A stretch of DNA of 64,000 nucleotides, taken from a virus (taxonomy: Duplodnaviria > Caudoviricetes). A program made the translations under genes and the position numbers. Position 1 is the first letter of the stretch, and each line of letters opens with the position of its first letter. Under the pieces are notes generated by a model. The model saw only the letters and a list, made by a program, of their open reading frames with translations. It did no database searches and was not told where the DNA came from. The stretch lies in IMG/VR virus record IMGVR_UViG_3300010163_000003, positions 32,001 to 96,000 of that record, one strand, 5' to 3'. This document shows positions 46,478 through 56,271 of this stretch, piece after piece.

Positions 46478-46591
46478 TTATTTATGCTTTATCCTTTTAC
46501 GGATTACTTTTCTATACATAAACTTGTAAATGAGACCAGCACAAGCTCCTATAGTAAAGCCTCCAATAGCGCCAATAATATAGTAATGCAT
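46478..46591 (-). CDS. 37-aa TM peptide with cationic tail (not in ORF track)
   Basis: MHYYIIGAIGGFTIGACAGLIYKFMYRKVIRKRIKHK; RBS gaggt. Confidence 0.5.
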   Translation of the reverse strand: MHYYIIGAIGGFTIGACAGLIYKFMYRKVIRKRIKHK

Positions 46592-46599
46592 TTTATACC

Positions 46600-47736
46600 T
46601 CAACCAAATATTATTTGTGAATATGTTTTCTGGGCAACTGGGTCACATTCTTTCATGAAAGCCATCTCTGGATAAAACTCAAAGAATGCTCTACCTTTAT
46701 ATGTTCCAAACTTGTTCTTTGCAAAGTGTACTTCAAATATTGGTTGCTTAAAGGGAACCCCTTGTTTCATGAAAAAGACATCTGCTCCGTCACCTTTGTA
46801 ATGAACTTCGTTATATACAAGAAGAACAGCCTTGGCTTCGTACTTAATCTTTACAGCTTCCCTTATGTCATCCAGTATAGGACGACGGTTGCCATTGAGC
46901 TTCTTAAGTTCCGCTGTGCAGATTACAGTGATGTTATAATTCTTTGCCAAATCAGAACACCATTGAGCAAGAAAATCATATTTCTCTTTGTCTTGTAGCT
47001 TAGGTTGGTTCATGATGTTTAAATCATGAAAGTTGTCTATACAGACAACTATCTTCTTGTCTATACCATTGGCATCAAAGTAAACCAATCTTTTCTTTAC
47101 CTCCTCCTCTATATCTTCTATAAAGGAAGAGAACGTAGAGTCATATGCACAATACTTATCAACATTAGCACGTATATTAAGTATGGCTTGCTTACGACGT
47201 ATAAGCATCAGAGGATATTGAACATAGTTCAACGGAGTTTTTACCGCATTGATTATCAATCTGTTAGAGCAAGCGGCTACTCTTGATAATTTATCTGCCA
47301 TAGCATCATCAAGTGAAAAATCCATAACATATACATTATCATTGTTTTGAGTAATTTGCCACGCTAACTGAGTAATGAAGCCTGTCTTTCCTAGGTTACT
47401 GTCTCCGCCTATTATAATAAAACCAGGAAATAATCCTCCCTCAAATGCTTTATCAACGCAATCGAATCCTGTCTTGATACCTACATTTTTTGCTTGCCAT
47501 GCTGCAACCTCGAAATTATCGAGCGTCTGCCACATGGCAAGCTGATAATCCTCTGTAGGCTTATCTGGAAACGAGAATGTAATGTGTTCAGCTTGTGATT
47601 GGTCTATCTGTATGGAGCAACTGGTGTCAACATATGCGCTATCCTGTGTGTTGATAGCTGGACCATAAAAGTTCGGATTATCTATCGTTATTACTTTTTG
47701 AGTTTCTTGGTCATTGATTGTGATTTTGTTGCTCAT
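46600..47736 (-). CDS. dnaB: DnaB-like SF4 replicative helicase
   Basis: GIKTGF, GGDSNLGKT, FSLDD, CIDNF, RRPILDDIRE..IKYEA, AKNKFG. Confidence 0.85.
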   Translation of the reverse strand: MSNKITINDQETQKVITIDNPNFYGPAINTQDSAYVDTSCSIQIDQSQAEHITFSFPDKPTEDYQLAMWQTLDNFEVAAWQAKNVGIKTGFDCVDKAFEGGLFPGFIIIGGDSNLGKTGFITQLAWQITQNNDNVYVMDFSLDDAMADKLSRVAACSNRLIINAVKTPLNYVQYPLMLIRRKQAILNIRANVDKYCAYDSTFSSFIEDIEEEVKKRLVYFDANGIDKKIVVCIDNFHDLNIMNQPKLQDKEKYDFLAQWCSDLAKNYNITVICTAELKKLNGNRRPILDDIREAVKIKYEAKAVLLVYNEVHYKGDGADVFFMKQGVPFKQPIFEVHFAKNKFGTYKGRAFFEFYPEMAFMKECDPVAQKTYSQIIFG

Positions 47737-47749
47737 ATCATTACTTTAC

Positions 47750-48205
47750 TTACTTAGTTCCAGTAGAACCAAATCCGCCTTCCCCACGTACTGTTTCATC
47801 AAGCTCTTCTACTTCGTGGAATACGGGATGTACTATTGGATGAAAAATGACTTGTGCGATACGCTCTCCATCTTCAACCACTTGAGTTACCTCTCCATGA
47901 TTATGTAATGGCATGAACCATTCGCCACGGTAATCAGCATCAACTACGCCTACCTTATTAGCGGGAGCAAGGCCACTCTTAGTGGCGAGACCGCTACGAG
48001 CGTATTCGAGGGCCACATAGTTAGGATCAAACGATGCAGAAAAACCGAGAGGGATAAGTTTAGTTTCATGAGGAGGGATAGATATCACCGGAAAATCTAA
48101 GCATGCATACACGTCATACCCAGCGGAATCAGGTGAACCAGCAGTAGGAAGCTTAGTGTTAGGTCTGAGCTTTTTTATCTTGATATCGATTAACTGTTTT
48201 GCCAT
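47750..48205 (-). CDS. dut: Trimeric dUTPase
   Basis: SAGYD, ARSGLA, GVVDADYRGE, GERIAQ, RGEGGFGSTG. Confidence 0.96.
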   Translation of the reverse strand: MAKQLIDIKIKKLRPNTKLPTAGSPDSAGYDVYACLDFPVISIPPHETKLIPLGFSASFDPNYVALEYARSGLATKSGLAPANKVGVVDADYRGEWFMPLHNHGEVTQVVEDGERIAQVIFHPIVHPVFHEVEELDETVRGEGGFGSTGTK

Positions 48206-49226
48206 TTTTATTGTCTCCTTTTTGTGAAAGCTTACACGATGATGAATTGCATTCGGATATAGTCTTTAAAGTACTACATCCAAATTGTTTATCTCCAAGA
48301 AATATACTACGCACAGTACGTTCCAATTCTTTCTCACCTGTCGGTTTAACGTTACGAGAGTTCCATTCTGATATAAAAGTAATGGTTTCATTTAATGACT
48401 TACCACTACTTTTACAAAAGCTTGAAAGACATGCTATGGTAATATTTCTACTACCTTCTACGGCACCATGTTCTAAAATATATTCTATACATGGTGGAGT
48501 AAAATTTAACACAGCTTTATATCTTCTATCTTTATTAATTTCCTTATGATATTTATAGAACTCTTCTATTGTACGCTTAAATTGTTGTTGAGCATATGAA
48601 TTGAGATGATAATCCAGAACATGAGAGGTGCGTGAGCACCGCGCCATCTCTCGGATTTCATCTATTGTACTGTTTCGTAATTCGTCAGGAGTCAAAGGAA
48701 TTTTATATAGAGATGTTTTTTCATGTATAGAATTAGGTATTCTAAACATGCGCTTAGAGTCATAGATTTGCAAGTCAATCGTTTTGTATTTAGTAAAGGA
48801 ACTAATAGACCCAGCCATATGCTTATATACCTGATTAAGTATCGGCGTAGGTTCTACACCTAGAATATAACTGGGCACTATTAGATGTACACCTTTACAT
48901 CCACTGAAATATATAGATACGTATTCATCTGATATATGATAACAAATTTTTAAATAGCTTAATGCTGTAATGGCATCAGCCCTGACTTTTTCAAAGTCTT
49001 CTTCATCATCAAAATCCAGATAGAAGTCTCCATATAAATCTGCGTTATCAACATCAGAACGATTATACCTATAAGCAGTTTTAAATACGGAGAAATTGTT
49101 TCTCTCCTGCGCAAAGATGCTAACTGTTTTATAGGGTATATACCTGCCACGGCTAAACCCTTTGTGTCCATTAGCAACATAACCGTACCCTACTTCACAC
49201 AGATAGCACTCTTTTTCTGAGCACAT
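48159..49226 (-). CDS. Archaeo-eukaryotic primase (AEP/PrimPol) with PriCT-like domain
   Basis: FYLDFD, YFSGCKGVHL, IDLQIYD..RMFRIPNS, PPCI...GSRN. Confidence 0.82.
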   Translation of the reverse strand: MCSEKECYLCEVGYGYVANGHKGFSRGRYIPYKTVSIFAQERNNFSVFKTAYRYNRSDVDNADLYGDFYLDFDDEEDFEKVRADAITALSYLKICYHISDEYVSIYFSGCKGVHLIVPSYILGVEPTPILNQVYKHMAGSISSFTKYKTIDLQIYDSKRMFRIPNSIHEKTSLYKIPLTPDELRNSTIDEIREMARCSRTSHVLDYHLNSYAQQQFKRTIEEFYKYHKEINKDRRYKAVLNFTPPCIEYILEHGAVEGSRNITIACLSSFCKSSGKSLNETITFISEWNSRNVKPTGEKELERTVRSIFLGDKQFGCSTLKTISECNSSSCKLSQKGDNKNGKTVNRYQDKKAQT

Positions 49227-49815
49227 AAGAATCTCCTCCTGAGTAGGAACAATTATTTTTTATTTCATTCAAATACTGTCTAGCTACTGGCAAGTTATCC
49301 CTGAATGAACCAAAATTGAATTCAATGTGTTCGCTATGATATAAGCGACCAACATGTTCAATCATAAATAATACAATATCGACACCATATTCGGCTATGT
49401 AACTATTCAAGAAACCCTGAACTCTTTTAGGAAACCATACGCTTCTATCTGCACCAGTCTTGTTATAAAAGAATTCAGCTAACTCTTGTATAGTATAGCT
49501 GGCTCTTGGCTCTATCCAATATTCATTGGTACTGCTAGTTATGGCTCCAGTATCTACATCATGATGTACTGGATTTAAGCTGCTCATTATATTCAATTCC
49601 CTATGATAGTATCGACACCCAGACTTAATGATATTTTTATTTATATTTTTAATGAACCTGTTCCACGTAAAAGACGTGTGATGATGGAATGAGTACATGA
49701 TACAATTACGAATGTCATCGTATGTATAACCTCTATCCAATATACCATTAAATTGAGACACGATACTATCATAAGTAGAATTGTCTTTTAGTAACATCAT
49801 ATATGTAGCAGCCAA
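49195..49815 (-). CDS. Hypothetical protein
   Basis: 206-aa ORF in the replication operon. Confidence 0.65.
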   Translation of the reverse strand: MAATYMMLLKDNSTYDSIVSQFNGILDRGYTYDDIRNCIMYSFHHHTSFTWNRFIKNINKNIIKSGCRYYHRELNIMSSLNPVHHDVDTGAITSSTNEYWIEPRASYTIQELAEFFYNKTGADRSVWFPKRVQGFLNSYIAEYGVDIVLFMIEHVGRLYHSEHIEFNFGSFRDNLPVARQYLNEIKNNCSYSGGDSYVLRKRVLSV

Positions 49816-49838
49816 GTCATATACGGAACCGTTCTTAA

Positions 49839-50633
49839 CTAGCTGCCCGTTTTTCCCAGGCGTTCAGCCCAAGCCAAGAAGTCTTCAATGTTTTCAGGAG
49901 TGATTTGCATTTTGCTTACGAAGTTTGGATTCCACATGTGTACATAGTTTCCAAACATCTCACTGTTGATAATCTCTTGATCCTTCTTGAACTGATTCAT
50001 TCTGTCTATTTGATGCTGTGTAAAGCCATTTAATTTGGCCTGTGGTGTATCGTAATCAGAAGTAACATTAGTATTAGGGTTAGATTGTGAAGGCTGTTGT
50101 GGCGTATCCTGAGCTGGTTGTTGAGCATCTTTTGGTGCATTAGGATCATTAGGCCCAAAGTAAAATGGAATGTCTGGTTCTACTGGGAATTTGCTAGCAT
50201 CTACCTTATATGTAGAAGCTGGCTTCTTTTCTGTACCATTTACAGCATTCATAATCTGTTCTGGTGTCATACCAGCGGGAGTTTCTTTTACTTGATGTGA
50301 AAGATTTTTGTCATCACTACGCAAAATAGTATTCCCACTGCCATTATCAAGCATCCTGTAAGCACTGAGAAGAGCATGTAAATGGCTTTCTCCGCAATTA
50401 TTGGCATTACAAGCGTACCTCCCTGTAAGTACTCGTCCAAAGACATACAATGTAACGGTGGTAGCTATCATTGTACCATCCATAAGGACTACCTCGTTTG
50501 ATACTTCCCATGTCCAATCGTTACCAAAAATGTGGTTAAGAGTATCAATTATGTGTGAGCTGTCGGTTTTTTCGTACTTATAAGCACTCATTTGGTGGCT
50601 CATGAAATGCTTAACAAGTTCTGGATTACTCAT
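49839..50633 (-). CDS. Rad52/Rad22-like annealing protein
   Basis: IIDTLNHIFGNDWTWEV motif; start at the ATG after aaaggag. Confidence 0.6.
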   Translation of the reverse strand: MSNPELVKHFMSHQMSAYKYEKTDSSHIIDTLNHIFGNDWTWEVSNEVVLMDGTMIATTVTLYVFGRVLTGRYACNANNCGESHLHALLSAYRMLDNGSGNTILRSDDKNLSHQVKETPAGMTPEQIMNAVNGTEKKPASTYKVDASKFPVEPDIPFYFGPNDPNAPKDAQQPAQDTPQQPSQSNPNTNVTSDYDTPQAKLNGFTQHQIDRMNQFKKDQEIINSEMFGNYVHMWNPNFVSKMQITPENIEDFLAWAERLGKTGS

Positions 50634-50663
50634 AGTTATTCTCCTTTCTGAGAAGGTACTTCT

Positions 50664-50692
50664 ATCATACAACTTAAAAACCTGAATGTCAA
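50664..50692 (-). promoter_or_regulatory. SigmaA-type promoter of the minus-strand replication operon
   Basis: TTGACA-17-TATGAT. Confidence 0.75.
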
Positions 50693-50699
50693 TACCTAA

Positions 50700-50781
50700 A
50701 ATGAAAAGAGTCCAGAAAAAATATCTGGACTCTAGCCACCACCTATTGAGTAATCCCATGGATATGGAACCATTCAGCTCA
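50700..50781 (-). ncRNA. Candidate small RNA (about 80 nt) with its own promoter and terminator
   Basis: TTGCAA-17-TATAAT at 50816-50788; bulged hairpin; 10-bp terminator stem agagtccaga/tctggactct plus U-tract. Confidence 0.45.
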
Positions 50782-50824
50782 CATACTATTATATGCTGTC
50801 AGAAGAAGAATTGCAAGCATAAAT

Positions 50825-52093
50825 TTATGATAATTTATATTTTACTCTAGCGCCATATATATTAGGAGTCTCCTGCGTACCATCTATTGTAAACCTTACC
50901 ATCATTTTGTGACCTTGTAGCCTAAATGGACAAGTGTTGACTACTTTATGGGTATTTCCGTCAGAATCATAATAGAAATATTCTTTTGAAATACTATATG
51001 TAGTGTCTTCCAATGTGTTATTATACAATGGCTCAACATTATATATCATAATATTTCTATCAGTCTCTTTAAATGTATATATCATTTCAAAATCGCTATG
51101 GTCACGAGTATAGGTATTATGTGTAATATTTATATTCCGGATGCCAAGATACCATATGCGTCTGTTGTTCTGCAAATCAGGGATTGAGTTAGCTTGTCTC
51201 ACTCGAAGTTTAATACGTATTTGATTTGCTTGTACAGCAGGGAAATTAAATTTAAGATTACTTGCATCTCTTATAGCAGAATAGTATACTGGGTTGCCAA
51301 ACGTATCTTGTATATCACTATATTCTTTGCAGCTATGATGAGCTTGAAAACCAGGAACGAGTTCCCATGCTCCATTAGTTTTATAATATACACCAAGGAC
51401 ATCTACTTGACCTATTGGGAACAAAGATATATCTATTTGATTAATAAGACGTGTAGTGATAATATCTTCAGGAAGACCTATTACAAGCTCATTATCGATA
51501 TAATCTAAATCTATTGTAGAAATAATTTTTCTAAACCATGCATCTGTATTGCTTCCACTAAAAGCATTTAATGGATCTGTATCTTCTATAGTTATCACAC
51601 TAGGATTGTCCTTAAAAGAATCAGGGCCTATATATACTTGTAAGCTGGGAGGAACAAGTATCTCATCATAGGTTTCATCATACAAACACGTTTTACTTAC
51701 AGAGTTAGACACATGAGCTGTTACCGAACTAGAATTGCAATCTACCATAGCAGCAAAATCGTCATTATTAGTTGTAGCGTCATATACATACTCTGTCATG
51801 ATACGAAAATCTAAATCAGGATCTGTCATATTTTGATATTGTTCATGTAATTGAGATACGTTAGCCATTACTTCTTGTAACTTTCTAGCATAGCAATATG
51901 ATTCTATGTCATTCATAAGCTTTAATTCGTATATGCTTTTCTGTATTTGATTTGCTCTATTAAATAAATCTAATATATCATCGAATGATTCCTTTTGCAT
52001 GTTATTTAATTCAGAGCTACTCATAATAGAACGAAATTTAAATTCTCGTTCTTTAATGCTAGGAATATTTCTAGTAGATAATTGATTACTCAT
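50825..52093 (-). CDS. Putative virion structural protein (paralog family)
   Basis: N-terminal helical segment, beta-rich body, C-terminal TPNIY motif shared with neighbours. Confidence 0.6.
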   Translation of the reverse strand: MSNQLSTRNIPSIKEREFKFRSIMSSSELNNMQKESFDDILDLFNRANQIQKSIYELKLMNDIESYCYARKLQEVMANVSQLHEQYQNMTDPDLDFRIMTEYVYDATTNNDDFAAMVDCNSSSVTAHVSNSVSKTCLYDETYDEILVPPSLQVYIGPDSFKDNPSVITIEDTDPLNAFSGSNTDAWFRKIISTIDLDYIDNELVIGLPEDIITTRLINQIDISLFPIGQVDVLGVYYKTNGAWELVPGFQAHHSCKEYSDIQDTFGNPVYYSAIRDASNLKFNFPAVQANQIRIKLRVRQANSIPDLQNNRRIWYLGIRNINITHNTYTRDHSDFEMIYTFKETDRNIMIYNVEPLYNNTLEDTTYSISKEYFYYDSDGNTHKVVNTCPFRLQGHKMMVRFTIDGTQETPNIYGARVKYKLS

Positions 52094-54224
52094 TAGTATC
52101 CCCCTTTGCTGATGAGATATATGCTCCAGTACTAAATCTAGTATCAGTATCCCATAAATTAATGTAGTATCTAGATTTATCTACCGCATTTAATATAGGA
52201 TGTTTAATATTATTAGAATTATTAATGATAGTATCTAATGTTTTAAATTGTTTTTCTAAGTCATTATATATTTTATATAACTCTGTAAGGTTATCAAATA
52301 ACATCTTGTTCATGTCTTGATGTTTCTTTGATTCTGATGGACCTCTATATCTATTGTTTAATCTAGTCGCTTCAGGATATTTATTTTTTATTTGTATTTC
52401 ATTAAAATTACTTTCTGTAGTATCTTCAGGGGCTATACCAGTTATTAAACATGTAGTCTGCTTACGAACACCATTGCGTTCAGAATATGAAACTGTAATA
52501 GTATTAATACCTACATGTTCTATCTTATTTGCATTTGTTACAAAGTTCTTAACTATAGATACAGTGCCATCACTGTAATAAGCTTTTACGGTCATGTATG
52601 CTGTACTAAAAGATTTACCGACTACTATGTCTGGACCGAAATACTCAGCAGTAATTTCAGTTAATTGCACATCTGGAACAATGCCTATAACAGGCATTTT
52701 AGTTGTTAAATCTCCTTTTTCTCCAAAGGATTTTTTAACTAGTATATAATTAATGCCTTCATGGTCTACAGTAACAGGTAAGAAACTACATTCTTTATAG
52801 TCAACATCTTCATATATACTATCACTAGTAGTAGTGCTTGTATAATATATTTTTATTCTACATTTATCTTGCAGAAATTCTTTACCCACTTCTACACTGC
52901 CACCAGTATAATATGCAATAAGATTAGCAGGTACTAAATCAAATGCTTTAAGGCCAGCTAAATAACATTCATAGCCTTTATAGTACACACGGAACTTACT
53001 AACATTAGTTGCAGATACAATATCTCCTTCAGGAAAACTATAGTCAGATACAACTTGGCTAGAGCCATCAGAGAAATAAGCAACAACAGTACAATATCTT
53101 CTTTTTATAGATTTACCATAAGCAATATTAGGGCCATCATATATAGCTTCTATACGAATTAATTTCTTAATACCAGGAACATATACTGTAGCAGTAAGTT
53201 CATCACTATCTTCGGTAATATATTTAACAGTAAATGTGTTACTTCCGCTGCTGTGTATTGTTCTATCAACAGGTGTAATAGAATATCCAGTTCCTACTGT
53301 TACTGATGATGGAATGTTAATAGAAATAGAATTGGTAGCATTAGTAGGTAACACACCAGTAGCATATGCATCTGGAAGCATAGATATAGTAATATTAGTT
53401 TGCCTTCTTACTATGCCATTTAATTTTAATTCCAGTTCACGAGCATTTAGAGATTCCAAAGATGCTACGCTAGATATATCAAATTGCTCATCAGTATTTG
53501 GGTTAGAATCGGTAAGGGTAAACCAATCTGTAGTTGGTGTCACAGAAGAACCTGTTTTAAATCCTTTACCTTGTATTCTAAAAACAGGGGAACCTTTTCC
53601 CAAAGTTAAATAATTTGGTTTAAAAGTTATACTTGGAGCGTTGGTAACTGCTGGAATATCTCCTCCATACCATATAATAGCTTCATTACCATCTCTAAAG
53701 TGACCCGTTACTGTAAGATAATTAATATCAAAAGCTTCATCAACAGGCACAGCAGGGCCATTATATGATGCACTAATGCTTACTATGGGTTCAGTTGCTG
53801 TTTGATCTACAAATACTATTAGAGTATGGTCAAATGTACTTGCCTCTCCATCAGCATAAAACACGACAGAGCTTTCTGTAAGAGCAAATGGTTCCATATA
53901 ATATTGAGCACTGTTATTATTTACAGCAGTTTGTACTGTCTTATCTAATTTATTAATATCTGCTACAAATCCATTGTAATCTCTATCTACTTCAAATAAA
54001 TTACTATAAATAGACTTAAGTTCTCTAAATTTAACTACTTTATATACAACACCATTTATAGGGTCAGTAGGATTATATAGCTTTACTTCAGGTGCAGTGT
54101 AAAATATACGAAAATCAGGATCTTTATTTAAATTAGTAAATACTTGAGGAGCATATTCTTGAGCTATGTCGGTAACGCAACTCCCCTCTAAGATATACCA
54201 GTTCTTGGTGTCTCTATATACCAT
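52086..54224 (-). CDS. Virion protein with tandem bacterial Ig-like (Big_3-type) repeats
   Basis: Four repeats I.A.Y.GP...G..F.....V..Y(Y/F)SDG. Confidence 0.75.
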   Translation of the reverse strand: MVYRDTKNWYILEGSCVTDIAQEYAPQVFTNLNKDPDFRIFYTAPEVKLYNPTDPINGVVYKVVKFRELKSIYSNLFEVDRDYNGFVADINKLDKTVQTAVNNNSAQYYMEPFALTESSVVFYADGEASTFDHTLIVFVDQTATEPIVSISASYNGPAVPVDEAFDINYLTVTGHFRDGNEAIIWYGGDIPAVTNAPSITFKPNYLTLGKGSPVFRIQGKGFKTGSSVTPTTDWFTLTDSNPNTDEQFDISSVASLESLNARELELKLNGIVRRQTNITISMLPDAYATGVLPTNATNSISINIPSSVTVGTGYSITPVDRTIHSSGSNTFTVKYITEDSDELTATVYVPGIKKLIRIEAIYDGPNIAYGKSIKRRYCTVVAYFSDGSSQVVSDYSFPEGDIVSATNVSKFRVYYKGYECYLAGLKAFDLVPANLIAYYTGGSVEVGKEFLQDKCRIKIYYTSTTTSDSIYEDVDYKECSFLPVTVDHEGINYILVKKSFGEKGDLTTKMPVIGIVPDVQLTEITAEYFGPDIVVGKSFSTAYMTVKAYYSDGTVSIVKNFVTNANKIEHVGINTITVSYSERNGVRKQTTCLITGIAPEDTTESNFNEIQIKNKYPEATRLNNRYRGPSESKKHQDMNKMLFDNLTELYKIYNDLEKQFKTLDTIINNSNNIKHPILNAVDKSRYYINLWDTDTRFSTGAYISSAKGDTNE

Positions 54225-54231
54225 ACTACAC

Positions 54232-56271
54232 CTACTTTCCTGTTAGTCTAAAGTTAATTAATGCAGGAGATACATTTGAGTTATTGCTATGTAAAATAGC
54301 CATGAGCCTAAACTTTAAATGAGCATTAGGGAAATAATTTTTCATATCATCTCTTAAGCATCTAAAAGTTATAAAGTATCCCATGTCTTCCATAAGATTA
54401 GCAACTACATCATCAGCGCTTGGTCTAACGCATACATAGTCATCTTTAATTGTATAGTATTCATATGTTTCTCTAGTAGCAGAAGTTAAAATGGTAGGAT
54501 TAGTATACTTCATTGCAGGCATAGCAAATACATTATCACTAATACATTTAAGATTTACATTATGATATAACATTTTAATAGCGTTTCCTCCAACTGGACA
54601 ATATACACAAAATTGTATCTTATTAGGTCCTTTACGGATTGCAAAAGAGTACTTGTTAGTGTCCACAGCAGTAATTTCGCAACCATTTACAAATACTCTA
54701 ATTTGAGCGTTTGTTACAAATTCAGTTAGATCTTTATCACACACTTTAATAAACTGATTGAGAACGTTAGTGGTTTCATCAGACATGATATATTGAGTAA
54801 ATGTATACAATTCTCCAGTATTAATTTTAAAAGAAGAATAATTTTCGCAATCCATAAACATTTGATATTCATCGCATATATCTATAAAATTAGTAAAATC
54901 GTCAACTTCTAAATTAAAGTCATAATTATCTTGCTGTTTTTTAGGAGCATATCTTTTAACTGACCACATATTATATCCTGGTCGCAATTTAATACTATTT
55001 CTATTAGTGCCTTCTGGTAACTTTATCAATCTAGTAAGGCCATCCGACATTGCTTCCCCGAAGCCCTCTAAGTGATAGTTAAGTATTTTATGACGCTCTT
55101 CAAACATAAATAATTCATGGTCTTTATGATTGTCGATAGAATCCCATCCTATTTTATCTTTTTCATTATCGAAACCAATAAAATAATCTATTCTAGTACC
55201 AGCAAATATCATGTCTTTAGCATCTAATCTAATTGTACTACTAAGGTCAGCAAAATCTATTAGTTTACTTACAAAGATAGCTTTACTTTCATAATTCTCT
55301 AAAGCAATGGATATATTCTTAAGGATAAAATAATATTGATAATAAACTATGCCGCCATCGCTAGATTGTATTCCATCTGGTTCTGACTTTTTACATATAA
55401 TCTTTAAATATCTAACAGTCTTTTTATTGAAATTCCATTCGATAAAACTACTATTAGAAGTGTCATAAACACTTACATAATTCTCTGCATCTTCTGATAA
55501 CCATAGTTCGCATGGTAAATCTTTAGTGGCAGTAAATGAAAAAGATACAGAATTGATAGTAACAAGCTTACCAATGTCAACAATTATAGTAATACTTTTA
55601 GAACCATTTTCCATATTAAGAAATGATGCAATAAAAGTATCATTGAAAGTATCATTTAATACTCCCTTTAAAGAACCTTGAGTTTTTACTGTAGAATTAT
55701 GCCCAATTTCTTGTATAGATATCTTGGCACCATCAAGACTAATTTTATTTACTTTAGTATTTGTTTTATCTATTACTACTTTCTTTTGAAGTAAATCTAC
55801 AAATGCAGAGGTATATGGAATATTGCGATAAGTATCACCATAGAACTCTATGTTATACATATCATCAAATACTTGAACATATTGTTGCACATTACTATTA
55901 CTTTTTAATGCTTCAGATATATTTTCAATACGAAGATGAAGCTTACTAAGAGCAGCCCAAACTTTATCTTTTTCTAGATCATAATATTCCTGCATTGCTA
56001 CAGCTTTATTGTTTGCTTCTACATTAGCCTCATAAGCAGTTTCAATGTCTTCCTTGAAAGTTTGAAAATTATGATTATAATCATCTTTGCTTGACTCTTC
56101 ATAAGGTTTTTGCTTTATAGGAGAGTAATATGGCATGCCTAATGTATGTTGATTGAAATAATCTATAAGTAGTCTATTCAATTCAAAGTTATTAGGCTCT
56201 ATACCTTTTTGTAAAAGCTCTTGTGCTATTTCATTTTTCTTTCTTTCGTATTGTATAGAACTAATACTCAA
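54232..56271 (-). CDS. Putative virion structural protein (paralog family)
   Basis: DDYN helix, discoidin-like DIGKLVTINSV..VRYLKI, C-terminal SPAL..FRL. Confidence 0.6.
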   Translation of the reverse strand: MSISSIQYERKKNEIAQELLQKGIEPNNFELNRLLIDYFNQHTLGMPYYSPIKQKPYEESSKDDYNHNFQTFKEDIETAYEANVEANNKAVAMQEYYDLEKDKVWAALSKLHLRIENISEALKSNSNVQQYVQVFDDMYNIEFYGDTYRNIPYTSAFVDLLQKKVVIDKTNTKVNKISLDGAKISIQEIGHNSTVKTQGSLKGVLNDTFNDTFIASFLNMENGSKSITIIVDIGKLVTINSVSFSFTATKDLPCELWLSEDAENYVSVYDTSNSSFIEWNFNKKTVRYLKIICKKSEPDGIQSSDGGIVYYQYYFILKNISIALENYESKAIFVSKLIDFADLSSTIRLDAKDMIFAGTRIDYFIGFDNEKDKIGWDSIDNHKDHELFMFEERHKILNYHLEGFGEAMSDGLTRLIKLPEGTNRNSIKLRPGYNMWSVKRYAPKKQQDNYDFNLEVDDFTNFIDICDEYQMFMDCENYSSFKINTGELYTFTQYIMSDETTNVLNQFIKVCDKDLTEFVTNAQIRVFVNGCEITAVDTNKYSFAIRKGPNKIQFCVYCPVGGNAIKMLYHNVNLKCISDNVFAMPAMKYTNPTILTSATRETYEYYTIKDDYVCVRPSADDVVANLMEDMGYFITFRCLRDDMKNYFPNAHLKFRLMAILHSNNSNVSPALINFRLTGK

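Noticed and set aside
50700-50781. Known riboswitch (preQ1, purine, SAM) in the candidate sRNA
   Set aside because: Consensus motifs not recognisable, and the downstream gene has its own promoter after the terminator
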